NCBI RefSeq assembly: GCF_000010625.1
Contig: NC_010296.1
Location: 5,520,001-5,552,000, forward strand
Length of the DNA: 32,000 nucleotides
Reading direction: 5' to 3'
Origin: Microcystis aeruginosa NIES-843
GTDB lineage: Bacteria > Cyanobacteriota > Cyanobacteriia > Cyanobacteriales > Microcystaceae
A program made the translations under genes and the position numbers. Below, piece by piece: positions 1 through 6,970 of the stretch (its first letter is position 1; each line of letters starts with the position of its first letter). Under the pieces are notes generated by a model. The model saw nothing but the letters and a program-made list of their open reading frames with translations, was not told the DNA's origin and did no database searches.

Positions 1-1
1 C

Positions 2-667
2 GTAGGCTCGATCGAGCGACCAGGCCCACATCTGATCCCCTAGGGAAAAATGCCACCATTCCCCCTTATGTCGGCTAAATCCCGCCTCCTCCATCACTTT
101 AGCCAATAAAACTCGTTTTTGATGATAACTCTGTTCTCGCGGGCTTTTTGCGGCGATATAATAATCGGGATGCGATCGCTCACTGATCTCATCGATTTCT
201 CCCCCCATGTCGATGGCTTGTCCCTTCTCGTCCACCAGGGTAATATCGATCGCCGCTCCGGTACTATGGGGAGGCGGAGTGGCGGCATTATCGCTGGGAA
301 ACGCCCAAATAGTGTAAACTTCTGTTAAAATCGCTTGACTTTCTGCCTCCGATAGTTTCTCTCTGGCTAATCCTCTTGTGTCTAGGAGAGTCTGAAAACT
401 ATAATCGACCATAAATTGTTGCACTTCCACCGGTCGATAGGCATCAAAAATCAAAATTTGCCAACCGGGTTGATAGACTTGCAGACGGTTTTGAGCGTCA
501 ATCAGAGCATTTAACACCCCTTGTCGCAAAAAATAGGGAGATTTACCCCGATAATTGGCCCCTAATTTCTCGTAAGCATGGGGAGAAGGAATAACAAACT
601 TATCTGCGGGTATAGGTACTAGGGGTTCCCCACATTCACGAATAGGAATTTTTTGGTAGGGTTTCAT
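2..667 (-). CDS. ddpX: D-alanyl-D-alanine dipeptidase (VanX/DdpX family, peptidase M15D); 3' end runs off the window
   Basis: Absent from the ORF track because there is no stop inside the window. My translation from the ATG at 667..665 reads MKPYQKIPIRECGEPLVPIPADKF...GWQILIFDAYRPVEVQQFM...PPHSTGAAIDITLVDEKGQAIDMGGEIDEISERSHPDYY...GEWWHFSLGDQMWAWSLDRAY. It carries the DAYRP, HSxGxAIDxTL, DMGxxxDExxERSH and EWWHF motifs typical of VanX-type Zn dipeptidases. The frame is open to position 2. Confidence 0.85.
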   Translation of the reverse strand, partial: MKPYQKIPIRECGEPLVPIPADKFVIPSPHAYEKLGANYRGKSPYFLRQGVLNALIDAQNRLQVYQPGWQILIFDAYRPVEVQQFMVDYSFQTLLDTRGLAREKLSEAESQAILTEVYTIWAFPSDNAATPPPHSTGAAIDITLVDEKGQAIDMGGEIDEISERSHPDYYIAAKSPREQSYHQKRVLLAKVMEEAGFSRHKGEWWHFSLGDQMWAWSLDRAY

Positions 668-747
668 CTCGTCATCGGGAAACAGTAATTTTATTGATGG
701 TCAACTCGATCGCCAGTTTACATAGGGTTTGCGGCAAAAAGTTTTTC

Positions 748-801
748 GTGGGGGTAGGGTGTGGGGTGTGGGGTGTGGGGTGTGGGGTGTGGGGTGTGGG
801 G
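748..801. repeat. Heptanucleotide tandem repeat: (TGTGGGG)x6 perfect at 760..801, preceded by degenerate G-rich units
   Basis: Direct reading gives gtggggg taggg then tgtgggg x6. It is intergenic, between the dndC stop (965) and the ddpX start (667). It resembles the short tandem heptamer (STRR-type) repeats of cyanobacteria. Confidence 0.9.
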
Positions 802-894
802 TTTTACCCATTTTCATGTGGTCAATTACCTAATTTTCAGGGAAAAAGTCCAGGGATTTTCCCCCCAATCACTCCAATGGTCGGCACTTTTTGA

Positions 895-930
895 GGGAAA
901 AAAAGTCTAAAAACCTTATCCAACAAGGTT
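895..930 (-). terminator. Possible rho-independent terminator downstream of dndC
   Basis: The minus strand reads AACCTT-gttggat-AAGGTT (6-bp stem, 912..930), followed by TTTTAGACTTTTTTT. It begins 35 nt after the dndC stop. The stem is short and AT-rich. Confidence 0.35.
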
Positions 931-964
931 GTTAGATTTATTCAGCAAACCCTACATAAACCCG

Positions 965-2566
965 TTATTCTTCCTCCTCATCGGTTGTAGGGAATTTCAT
1001 ACTGGCCCAAGTTAACTGTTTTTGCGGGTCTTTTTCCGGTTCACTAAAACTCTCCTTGAGTTGTTCTTTCACCTGAGCAATATTGCCACTTTGAGCGGCA
1101 TTCTTTAGATCATAGACATAACGAGCATTTTCGATCGCTTCCTCTTTACTACGAGAACTAGACTCAAAGCATTTTTCTAGGTCTTTGTAAATACCCTTGC
1201 GAGAGATTTTTAGAAAATATTGACGTTCTGTATCGATCAGTTTAGCCAATAATTCTAGGTGCATGGAATCCTCGGCACAGATATCCGCGAGGATATCCCA
1301 TTCTTCACTCCCCAAAAGATTATTATCCGCTCCCGGTCGCGGGTCTTGAAAAGTTTCTCCAGTCACTTGTTTATAAATCTTCGGTAATTGGTCATCAAAT
1401 TCGTGCTTTTCTTCCCTCCAAATCCGGCGAATTTCGCTGAGTTCCTCCGTGGTAATTAGGGTAATATCTTTCATCTCCTCTGGGGCATTAGTACGCACGC
1501 TCTCCTGAGCTTCTAATACCCTTCTCAGCCAATATTCTCGCCATTGTTTAGTATAAGGACCGGGTATGGGTTCGATCGATATTTCTCCATTTAAGTTTCT
1601 TTCAAATAATTGTACTTTCCCAAAGATACGGCGAAAATCCCGTTTTGGTCGGTCATCTTCTATATCTAATTCGTTGCGAAGGTCTAAAAGCGGTTGTAAC
1701 CATTCTTTTTCTTGGTCATTCTGTATCATTGCCTCCATCGATTTATCTTTATTCACCAAAGTACAAACCCAACAACCAAAGCGCGAATCTCCACAGCTAG
1801 GAGTGGAAGTATCTACCACTAGGGGACATTCATTATCCGCAGTCGCTCCTCGATACATTGCTAATAATTCTTTGTTATCTCCTCCCCAGGGATTTTCCCA
1901 CTGCATTAAGTACATCCATACTTCATCAGTACGCCAATCTTCTATGGGAGTATAAACAAGTGAATTAATCAAGTGAGTATGAGGGCTAAGACGCTCCCTT
2001 AATCTCCCTACTTTATGTCTTTCTATGGTTACTGATCGTGCGGAGCTTTCCGTTTTTCGCGCACCTAAAATAACTATTGCCTCACCATTTTCTCTAACAA
2101 CATCTCGAATAAAATAATTAACAGGTTGTATTTTCATCCGTTCAGTACACCAGCGAAATCCTCGTCGTGGTGCGGGATAGCCCTTCCCAATCAAACAAAC
2201 CCAGAAAGTTTCCTTAACAGAAGGATTGATCTGATAAGGTTTAATAGGTATTTGATGATCTTTCGCCGATATTTCCAATTTTTTTATACATTTGTTAACC
2301 CAAGTAGATACAAGAGGATTTTCAACTTGAGTATCTGTTGTAATAACATAAATTGTTTTATGTCTTTTTTCTTCTGGCAAACTAGCGATCGCATTCCAAA
2401 CCAATTGTAAAACTGCTGTGCTATCTTTTCCCCAAGATACACCTATGATCCAGGGAATACTGTCTAGACAATATAACTCTTGTATTTCTTGAGTAATACT
2501 TTTTATATCTTCTACGAACTCCTCTATAGCACGATTAGGAAAAATAGAAGTTGTTTTTTCAAGCAT
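965..2566 (-). CDS. dndC: DNA phosphorothioation sulfurtransferase DndC (PAPS-reductase / PP-loop ATP pyrophosphatase fold)
   Basis: 533 aa with an ATG start. It has a PP-loop-like VSWGKDSTAVLQLVW, then FWVCLIGKGYPAPRRGFRWCTERMKI, ILGARKTESSAR, and the cysteine cluster CPLVVDTSTPSCGDSRFGCWVCTLVNKDKSMEAM. A long helical C-terminal region follows (GPYTKQWREYWLRRVLEAQ...ELSEIRRIW). Length and motif order match my memory of DndC. Confidence 0.88.
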   Translation of the reverse strand: MLEKTTSIFPNRAIEEFVEDIKSITQEIQELYCLDSIPWIIGVSWGKDSTAVLQLVWNAIASLPEEKRHKTIYVITTDTQVENPLVSTWVNKCIKKLEISAKDHQIPIKPYQINPSVKETFWVCLIGKGYPAPRRGFRWCTERMKIQPVNYFIRDVVRENGEAIVILGARKTESSARSVTIERHKVGRLRERLSPHTHLINSLVYTPIEDWRTDEVWMYLMQWENPWGGDNKELLAMYRGATADNECPLVVDTSTPSCGDSRFGCWVCTLVNKDKSMEAMIQNDQEKEWLQPLLDLRNELDIEDDRPKRDFRRIFGKVQLFERNLNGEISIEPIPGPYTKQWREYWLRRVLEAQESVRTNAPEEMKDITLITTEELSEIRRIWREEKHEFDDQLPKIYKQVTGETFQDPRPGADNNLLGSEEWDILADICAEDSMHLELLAKLIDTERQYFLKISRKGIYKDLEKCFESSSRSKEEAIENARYVYDLKNAAQSGNIAQVKEQLKESFSEPEKDPQKQLTWASMKFPTTDEEEE

Positions 2567-2589
2567 AATGTTATCAACAAAAAGATCAA

Positions 2590-3549
2590 CTAATTTCTAA
2601 AAATATTCTGACGATGCCATTGGATAGCTTCAAGTTTTGGATAGTGATTTTCTAGAGTGGGTAATAAAATATTCATACCATGAAAGTCTTTAATGGCTTT
2701 AGCATTAGGAGAAATTTCTTGAAAGTCTTGACTAATCATAATTTTGTATTGATCGTCAATAGTAAATAGTCCTTGATCAAATGCCCAATGATGATTTTTA
2801 CAAAGAGATAAACCATTGTTTATCTGGTTATCATAGAATCTGGCAAAAGGTTTGATATGTGCGCCATCGACAATACTTTGTGTCAAGGAGTGGATTACTT
2901 TAAGACCACAAAAAGAGCATTGATAATCGTATAAATGGACTACTGACTTGCGAAATAACGCATCTCTAACTATAGACTTTCTAAAATAATATTTTGTCTG
3001 TGTTTCTCCTTCATCTAAAACGCTACGATCTAGTTGAGTGTCATCATCTTGTTGTAAGACTTGATTAATTTCTAAAATATCTTCTAATTGCTTTTGACTA
3101 GAAGAAAACCAAGCTTCTATTAGAGTATCAATTAGCTGTCGTCTAGCTTCTGGTTCCCGTAAAAGTTTATACAATTCCTCATCTAAAATCGCATAATCTA
3201 CATCTGCTCTAATTTTGGGAATAGTTTGAGGACGGCCGCCATCATAGCTATCACTAAACTTTAACTTCCAAAATCCGTCATTTTTTAGATGAAAAAACGG
3301 TAAAGCTAACCCACCTTTGAAGGCATCTGGGTTTAAACGCTTCCAATATTTATCAAAAGTATCGATTAATTCATCAGAAATATAGATTTTATTGTCCTGA
3401 ATTTGAGAATCACTAATTAACTCAATTACTGATAATAATAAGATAGGCTTATAAGGTGCTTCACCACTTTGCTTAGACTTATTGACTTTAATTTTAGAAA
3501 ATAAGTCACAATAATATTTTAAATTGCGTAGGGGAAGACTATCGACCAT
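2590..3549 (-). CDS. HNH endonuclease with an N-terminal ScoMcrA-like (putative phosphorothioate/modified-DNA binding) domain
   Basis: 319 aa with an ATG start. The C-terminal half has YDYQCSFCG...DGAHIKPFARFYDNQINNGLSLCKNHHWAFDQGLF, an HNH_2-type nuclease motif. The N-terminal half has APYKPILLLSVIELI and LPFFHLKNDGFWKL, the motif pair I associate with the sulfur-binding domain of ScoMcrA/SprMcrA-type enzymes. Its stop lies 23 nt upstream of the dndC start on the same strand. The CDS call is firm; the SBD assignment is about 0.55. Confidence 0.8.
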   Translation of the reverse strand: MVDSLPLRNLKYYCDLFSKIKVNKSKQSGEAPYKPILLLSVIELISDSQIQDNKIYISDELIDTFDKYWKRLNPDAFKGGLALPFFHLKNDGFWKLKFSDSYDGGRPQTIPKIRADVDYAILDEELYKLLREPEARRQLIDTLIEAWFSSSQKQLEDILEINQVLQQDDDTQLDRSVLDEGETQTKYYFRKSIVRDALFRKSVVHLYDYQCSFCGLKVIHSLTQSIVDGAHIKPFARFYDNQINNGLSLCKNHHWAFDQGLFTIDDQYKIMISQDFQEISPNAKAIKDFHGMNILLPTLENHYPKLEAIQWHRQNIFRN

Positions 3550-3820
3550 AGGGGTGGGAGATATGCGGATAAAAAAAGGAAACTATTACCAGCATACAGA
3601 AAAACATCCCACCGAGAGGAAAAAATACAGAAAGCCTAGAGAGATAGTCATAATAACATCGATCGAGCGCGGCTGACAAGCGATCGCAAAAAAATCGAAC
3701 TTATGTACTATGATCAACCCTTAATGCAACTTTAAAAACCCGCTTCCCACTCCCTCCTATACCCTTTAAAGAGGATTTAGTATCACTTTCCCGGGTTGAG
3801 GGTTTAAGTCCGGTTAGGGA

Positions 3821-4555
3821 TTAAAGAGTAACTCCACCGTCCACGGGTAAAACCACCCCTGTCATATAGGGGTTGATAATCAAACTCAATACTGCTAGGG
3901 CGACTTCTTCGGGTTGCCCTAAATGTTCGACAGGTAGAGCAGAAACCGCCCATTTGCTCAGGTCGGAGCGTTCCGAATCACCTTGACTGGTCCAGATGCT
4001 TGTATCTTCTATTAATCCGGGGGCAACAACGTTAATGCGAATAGGAGCGAGTTCTAGGGCGAGGGCGCGTCCAAATACGGCTACGGCACTATTAGCGGCG
4101 GCTATGACAGAAATTCCGCCCATTTTGGAATATTTGAACATAGTGACGCTGGATGTCAGGGTAATAGAACCGTCCTTGGCCAAAGTTTTCAGGGAGCCAC
4201 GCACTGCTAAAAAGGTTCCCCAGAATTTCTCCATACCTCCCCGGGCCGTTTCTGCGGTCATTTCGGTTAATAAGGCTCGCGGCATATTTCTGTCTCCGAG
4301 AGAGGTGACTACTAAATGGTCAAAGTTGCCAATTTCTGCAAAAAAGGCATTAACAGAATCTTCTTCTAAAAAACTAACAGTTTTGGCTTCAATCTCCCCG
4401 GAAATTAGGGCAACAGCGGCAGCTAATTTCTCTTGAGAAGCATGGGAAAGCACCACTTTTGCCCCCAGGGAGAGCAATTTTTCGGCAATCGCTAGGTCAA
4501 TCCCGGAGCTTGCACCAATAATAACGACTTTTTTACCCGATAAGGAATCAAACAT
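3821..4555 (-). CDS. Short-chain dehydrogenase/reductase family protein, atypical (no canonical YxxxK)
   Basis: Rossmann N-terminus KKVVIIGASSGIDLAIAEKL, then ITLTSSV, NVVAPGLIED and a C-terminal PVDGGVTL. The ATG at 4555 is preceded by GGAGA about 8 nt upstream. The track start at 4570 is a TTG. Confidence 0.8.
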   Translation of the reverse strand: MFDSLSGKKVVIIGASSGIDLAIAEKLLSLGAKVVLSHASQEKLAAAVALISGEIEAKTVSFLEEDSVNAFFAEIGNFDHLVVTSLGDRNMPRALLTEMTAETARGGMEKFWGTFLAVRGSLKTLAKDGSITLTSSVTMFKYSKMGGISVIAAANSAVAVFGRALALELAPIRINVVAPGLIEDTSIWTSQGDSERSDLSKWAVSALPVEHLGQPEEVALAVLSLIINPYMTGVVLPVDGGVTL

Positions 4556-4594
4556 TTTTTTTGTCTCCAAAAATTCAAGAAAAACTTACAACTA

Positions 4595-5395
4595 TTACAG
4601 TATATTGACTGGCTTTTGGGCAGCAACTAACCAATAAGTTATGGCCGAGGAACTTAGCAAATTATCCAGAGGCTTAATGTTTAAATTATAGGTTTCTTCG
4701 TCTAATTTTCCCGATTGCAATTCCTCTGTTAACCAAGACTTAAGATGGCGAAAATGTCTGAACCAGCACTCCTCCGTCACCTCGACAAATTGAACATCTT
4801 TAAACCCTGCCTGTTGATAAAGATTTTGATACTCTGCCCTATCTTTGACCGTGTTTGCTTGGGGAACTGTCCAATCACCTAAAAGTTCTGTTGTGGCAAA
4901 ACTCAGATCTGAGAGAATTAAGGTTCCCCCCGGCTTTAATACTCGCCAAGCTTCTTGCAAGAATTGCCGCCTGGTATTAAAATAAAAAGCCGCTTCTACA
5001 CAAATAATTTGCTCAAAAGAATGATCGGCAAAATCCATCTCTACTGCGTCCATTAACAGAAATTTACCCTCGGGAAAATTCAAGAGACTTCTGGCAATTT
5101 GTGTCGGAGAAATGTTAATCCCCACAATTGCTGTCAATGGATAATATTTGAGAAGATAATGGGTAGTTGCTCCCAAACCACAGCCAACATCAAGAATTGT
5201 TCCCTGTTTGTTGGGAATAAATTCTAAAAGTTTCTCCATCAGAGTAGAGGATGCTTCCTGTTGATCTTGGGTATGGGAGAGCCAATAACCGACATTAAAA
5301 AACTCTCTTTCACCATAAAACTCTCGAATCGAAGGACTACAAATTAAATCATCGAATCTACTAATCCATTCATTTTTATCCATTGTTAAACTCAC
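4595..5395 (-). CDS. Class I SAM-dependent methyltransferase (Methyltransf_11-like)
   Basis: Motif I is GTILDVGCGLGATTHYL, and the motif II/III region is VLKPGGTLILSD. The track start at 5395 is a GTG; an in-frame ATG at 5383 (MDKNEW...) is an alternative start. Confidence 0.85.
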   Translation of the reverse strand: MSLTMDKNEWISRFDDLICSPSIREFYGEREFFNVGYWLSHTQDQQEASSTLMEKLLEFIPNKQGTILDVGCGLGATTHYLLKYYPLTAIVGINISPTQIARSLLNFPEGKFLLMDAVEMDFADHSFEQIICVEAAFYFNTRRQFLQEAWRVLKPGGTLILSDLSFATTELLGDWTVPQANTVKDRAEYQNLYQQAGFKDVQFVEVTEECWFRHFRHLKSWLTEELQSGKLDEETYNLNIKPLDNLLSSSAITYWLVAAQKPVNIL

Positions 5396-5793
5396 TTAAC
5401 TGTTTCGGCAAAAACTACATTAGTTTAACACGATTGGGCTTAGTAGAGCGGGAAGTGGGAAGTGGGTTATAGCAATGCTTGCCAAACTCTTGTTAAGGCA
5501 CTAGATATTGACCGCGTGGCTGAGGCGATATAAAAAAAGGAGCCACACCTTTTCCCTTAGATACCGATAAATTTCCCTTAGAGGTTCAACTAACAGCCCA
5601 ATTTAATGGTAAAAAAAGTTTTTATCAATTAACCTATAACCATCAATCTATATTATCATATCTGGTGAGGGACAGAAGTTATCGCTTTTGAATTAGGAAT
5701 GGGGAGCGGAGAACAGGGAAGAAAATTGGCGTACCTGATGACCCTGAATAAAGCTATAAGTGTCACCCATGGGAGTGCGGGTAAGGTGAGTAT

Positions 5794-5822
5794 TTGACTT
5801 GAGTAAGACGGCAATATATGTT
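5794..5822 (+). promoter_or_regulatory. Candidate sigma70-type promoter for the microviridin-like precursor
   Basis: TTGACT (5794..5799), a 17-nt spacer, then TATGTT (5817..5822). This lies about 60 nt upstream of the ATG at 5883. Sequence match only. Confidence 0.25.
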
Positions 5823-5882
5823 ACTATCACAAGGTAATCGCAGCTATCTTGAAAAAGCTGCTACTCAAAACTAGGAATGACC

Positions 5883-6041
5883 ATGAATTATCCCAATACC
5901 GAACAAAGTAAAGCAATCCCCTTCTTTGCTCGTTTTTTATCTGTGGACCAAGACGAGGCTCCGACTCCCGATTCCCCCCCCGATTCTGAACCGGCTCCCG
6001 TTTGGACTTGGAAATGGCCTTCTGACTGGGAAGATAGTTAA
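5883..6041 (+). CDS. mdnA: Microviridin-type RiPP precursor peptide (MdnA/MvdE family)
   Basis: 52-codon ORF below the track size cutoff: MNYPNTEQSKAIPFFARFLSVDQDEAPTPDSPPDSEPAPVWTWKWPSDWEDS. It has the PFFARFL leader recognition motif and the TxKxPSDxE(D/E) core motif of microviridins. AGGA lies 6 nt before the ATG, and a hairpin terminator lies 45 nt downstream. An in-frame ATG at 5877 is an alternative start. Confidence 0.85.
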   Translation: MNYPNTEQSKAIPFFARFLSVDQDEAPTPDSPPDSEPAPVWTWKWPSDWEDS

Positions 6042-6085
6042 TTAATTTAAAGATTGCTTTCAGTGATTCACACAGAAAACAACCA

Positions 6086-6130
6086 CCGCCATAAGTCAAG
6101 CAGGAGTAAGATTTATGGCGGTTTTTTGTT
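6086..6130 (+). terminator. Rho-independent terminator after the precursor gene, possibly bidirectional
   Basis: CCGCCATAA (6086..6094), an 18-nt loop, TTATGGCGG (6113..6121), then TTTTTTGTTG. On the minus strand the same hairpin is followed by TTGTTTTCTGTG. It sits downstream of the convergent 6214..6693 gene. Confidence 0.55.
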
Positions 6131-6213
6131 GTATTTAGGGTTTGCTGAAAAAGTCAATTTGCCGGTGAGGGCAGCAGGAGAGAGGAGGGAGAAAGTGCTT
6201 AGTCAAGTTAAAA

Positions 6214-6693
6214 CTACTCTTCAGCAATTTCGACTTCTTTGGGAGCAATGGGTTCTTCGGCAGCAATTTCTACTTCAATAGCCTTTTTAAGGTTAAGTTT
6301 TAGAACTTGAGAAATTGGCAAACCTTCCACCTCATTGATGAGATATTCTTGAGTTTCTGTTTCACGACGTTTGAGATAGACCGTTTTAAGCAGTGCCTCA
6401 ATGCCATAACCCGTAACAATGTCACCAATAATGGTAGAGATGCCTAAGACCCCAAGTCCACCAATTAGTCCCAGCGGACCGCCTAACCCAAAAAGTGCGT
6501 AAATCGCAGGATAGGCAGTACCACCGGATGCGGCAACAGCAATAATGAAAATAATGCCGGGGAGTCCCAGAGAAGCAAGTTTTTGAACAACTTCATCCAG
6601 AGAAATTCCCCAGGAGACAAGTTTTTTGTTGATGTCTGTGGGATTAATTCCGAGAAAATCATGGGGAATGGCCGTTTCAGTAGTTTCCGTCAT
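6214..6693 (-). CDS. Hypothetical small membrane protein (two glycine-zipper-like hydrophobic segments, acidic repeat tail)
   Basis: Hydrophobic and Gly-rich stretches are LGLPGIIFIIAVAASGGTAYPAIYALFGLGGPLGLIGGLGVLGISTIIGDIV. The tail is EVEIAAEEPIAPKEVEIAEE. I prefer the ATG at 6693 (MTETTE...), preceded by AGGAG 8 nt upstream. The track start at 6768 is a TTG, and another ATG lies at 6747. I recognise no family. Confidence 0.6.
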   Translation of the reverse strand: MTETTETAIPHDFLGINPTDINKKLVSWGISLDEVVQKLASLGLPGIIFIIAVAASGGTAYPAIYALFGLGGPLGLIGGLGVLGISTIIGDIVTGYGIEALLKTVYLKRRETETQEYLINEVEGLPISQVLKLNLKKAIEVEIAAEEPIAPKEVEIAEE

Positions 6694-6970
6694 TGATGAG
6701 ACTCCTAAAATCACTAAGTTGGATTGGTTGGTCGGGATTTCACTCATATAAAATCCATGGTAAGGCAAAAGAATACAAATCGGCTGTCTAGCAATCAGAT
6801 GCCTTGCAGCATTTTACATTAGTCTTACCGTTCACACAACTTGTAGAAAATCGTCAGTTCTTAGATTAAATCCTGTTTAAAAGATAGATGAGATTGGGGA
6901 GAAACAATTGATAACTGGGTTTTTCAAGTTGAATTGGGAGTTAATCATAGTCTTAAAAACGGGTTTGGTA

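Noticed and set aside
94-328. Two small track ORFs (94..288 minus, 119..328 plus)
   Set aside because: Both lie inside, and out of frame with or antisense to, the VanX/DdpX-type CDS. That CDS is open from 667 to the window edge and carries all family motifs.
694-894. 66-aa plus-strand ORF (…GCGVWGVGCGVWGVG…)
   Set aside because: It is simply the translation of the TGTGGGG heptamer array, not a gene.
3550-3820. Intergenic region between the SDR gene and the HNH gene, checked for tRNA, small ORFs, island direct repeats and a terminator
   Set aside because: Only a 7-bp inverted repeat with a 47-nt loop, one HIP1 site and a weak CCCTTTAAAGAGG near-palindrome were found. Nothing there could be supported as a feature.
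5450-5466. gggaagt gggaagt ggg mini tandem repeat
   Set aside because: It has only two units plus a fragment in a long divergent intergenic region, too short to interpret.
5699-5797. 32-aa plus-strand ORF MGSGEQGRKLAYLMTLNKAISVTHGSAGKVSI upstream of the precursor
   Set aside because: The AGGA abuts the ATG, which is poor spacing. There is no leader or core motif of any RiPP class I recognise. It overlaps the candidate promoter.
5827-6099. 90-aa minus-strand ORF from the track
   Set aside because: It is antisense to the strongly supported microviridin-type precursor (5883..6041) and runs through the terminator hairpin. It has no recognisable motifs.
6054-6281. 75-aa plus-strand ORF from the track
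   Set aside because: It starts in the terminator hairpin and overlaps the 3' end of the convergent membrane-protein gene. The sequence is low-complexity with no RBS.
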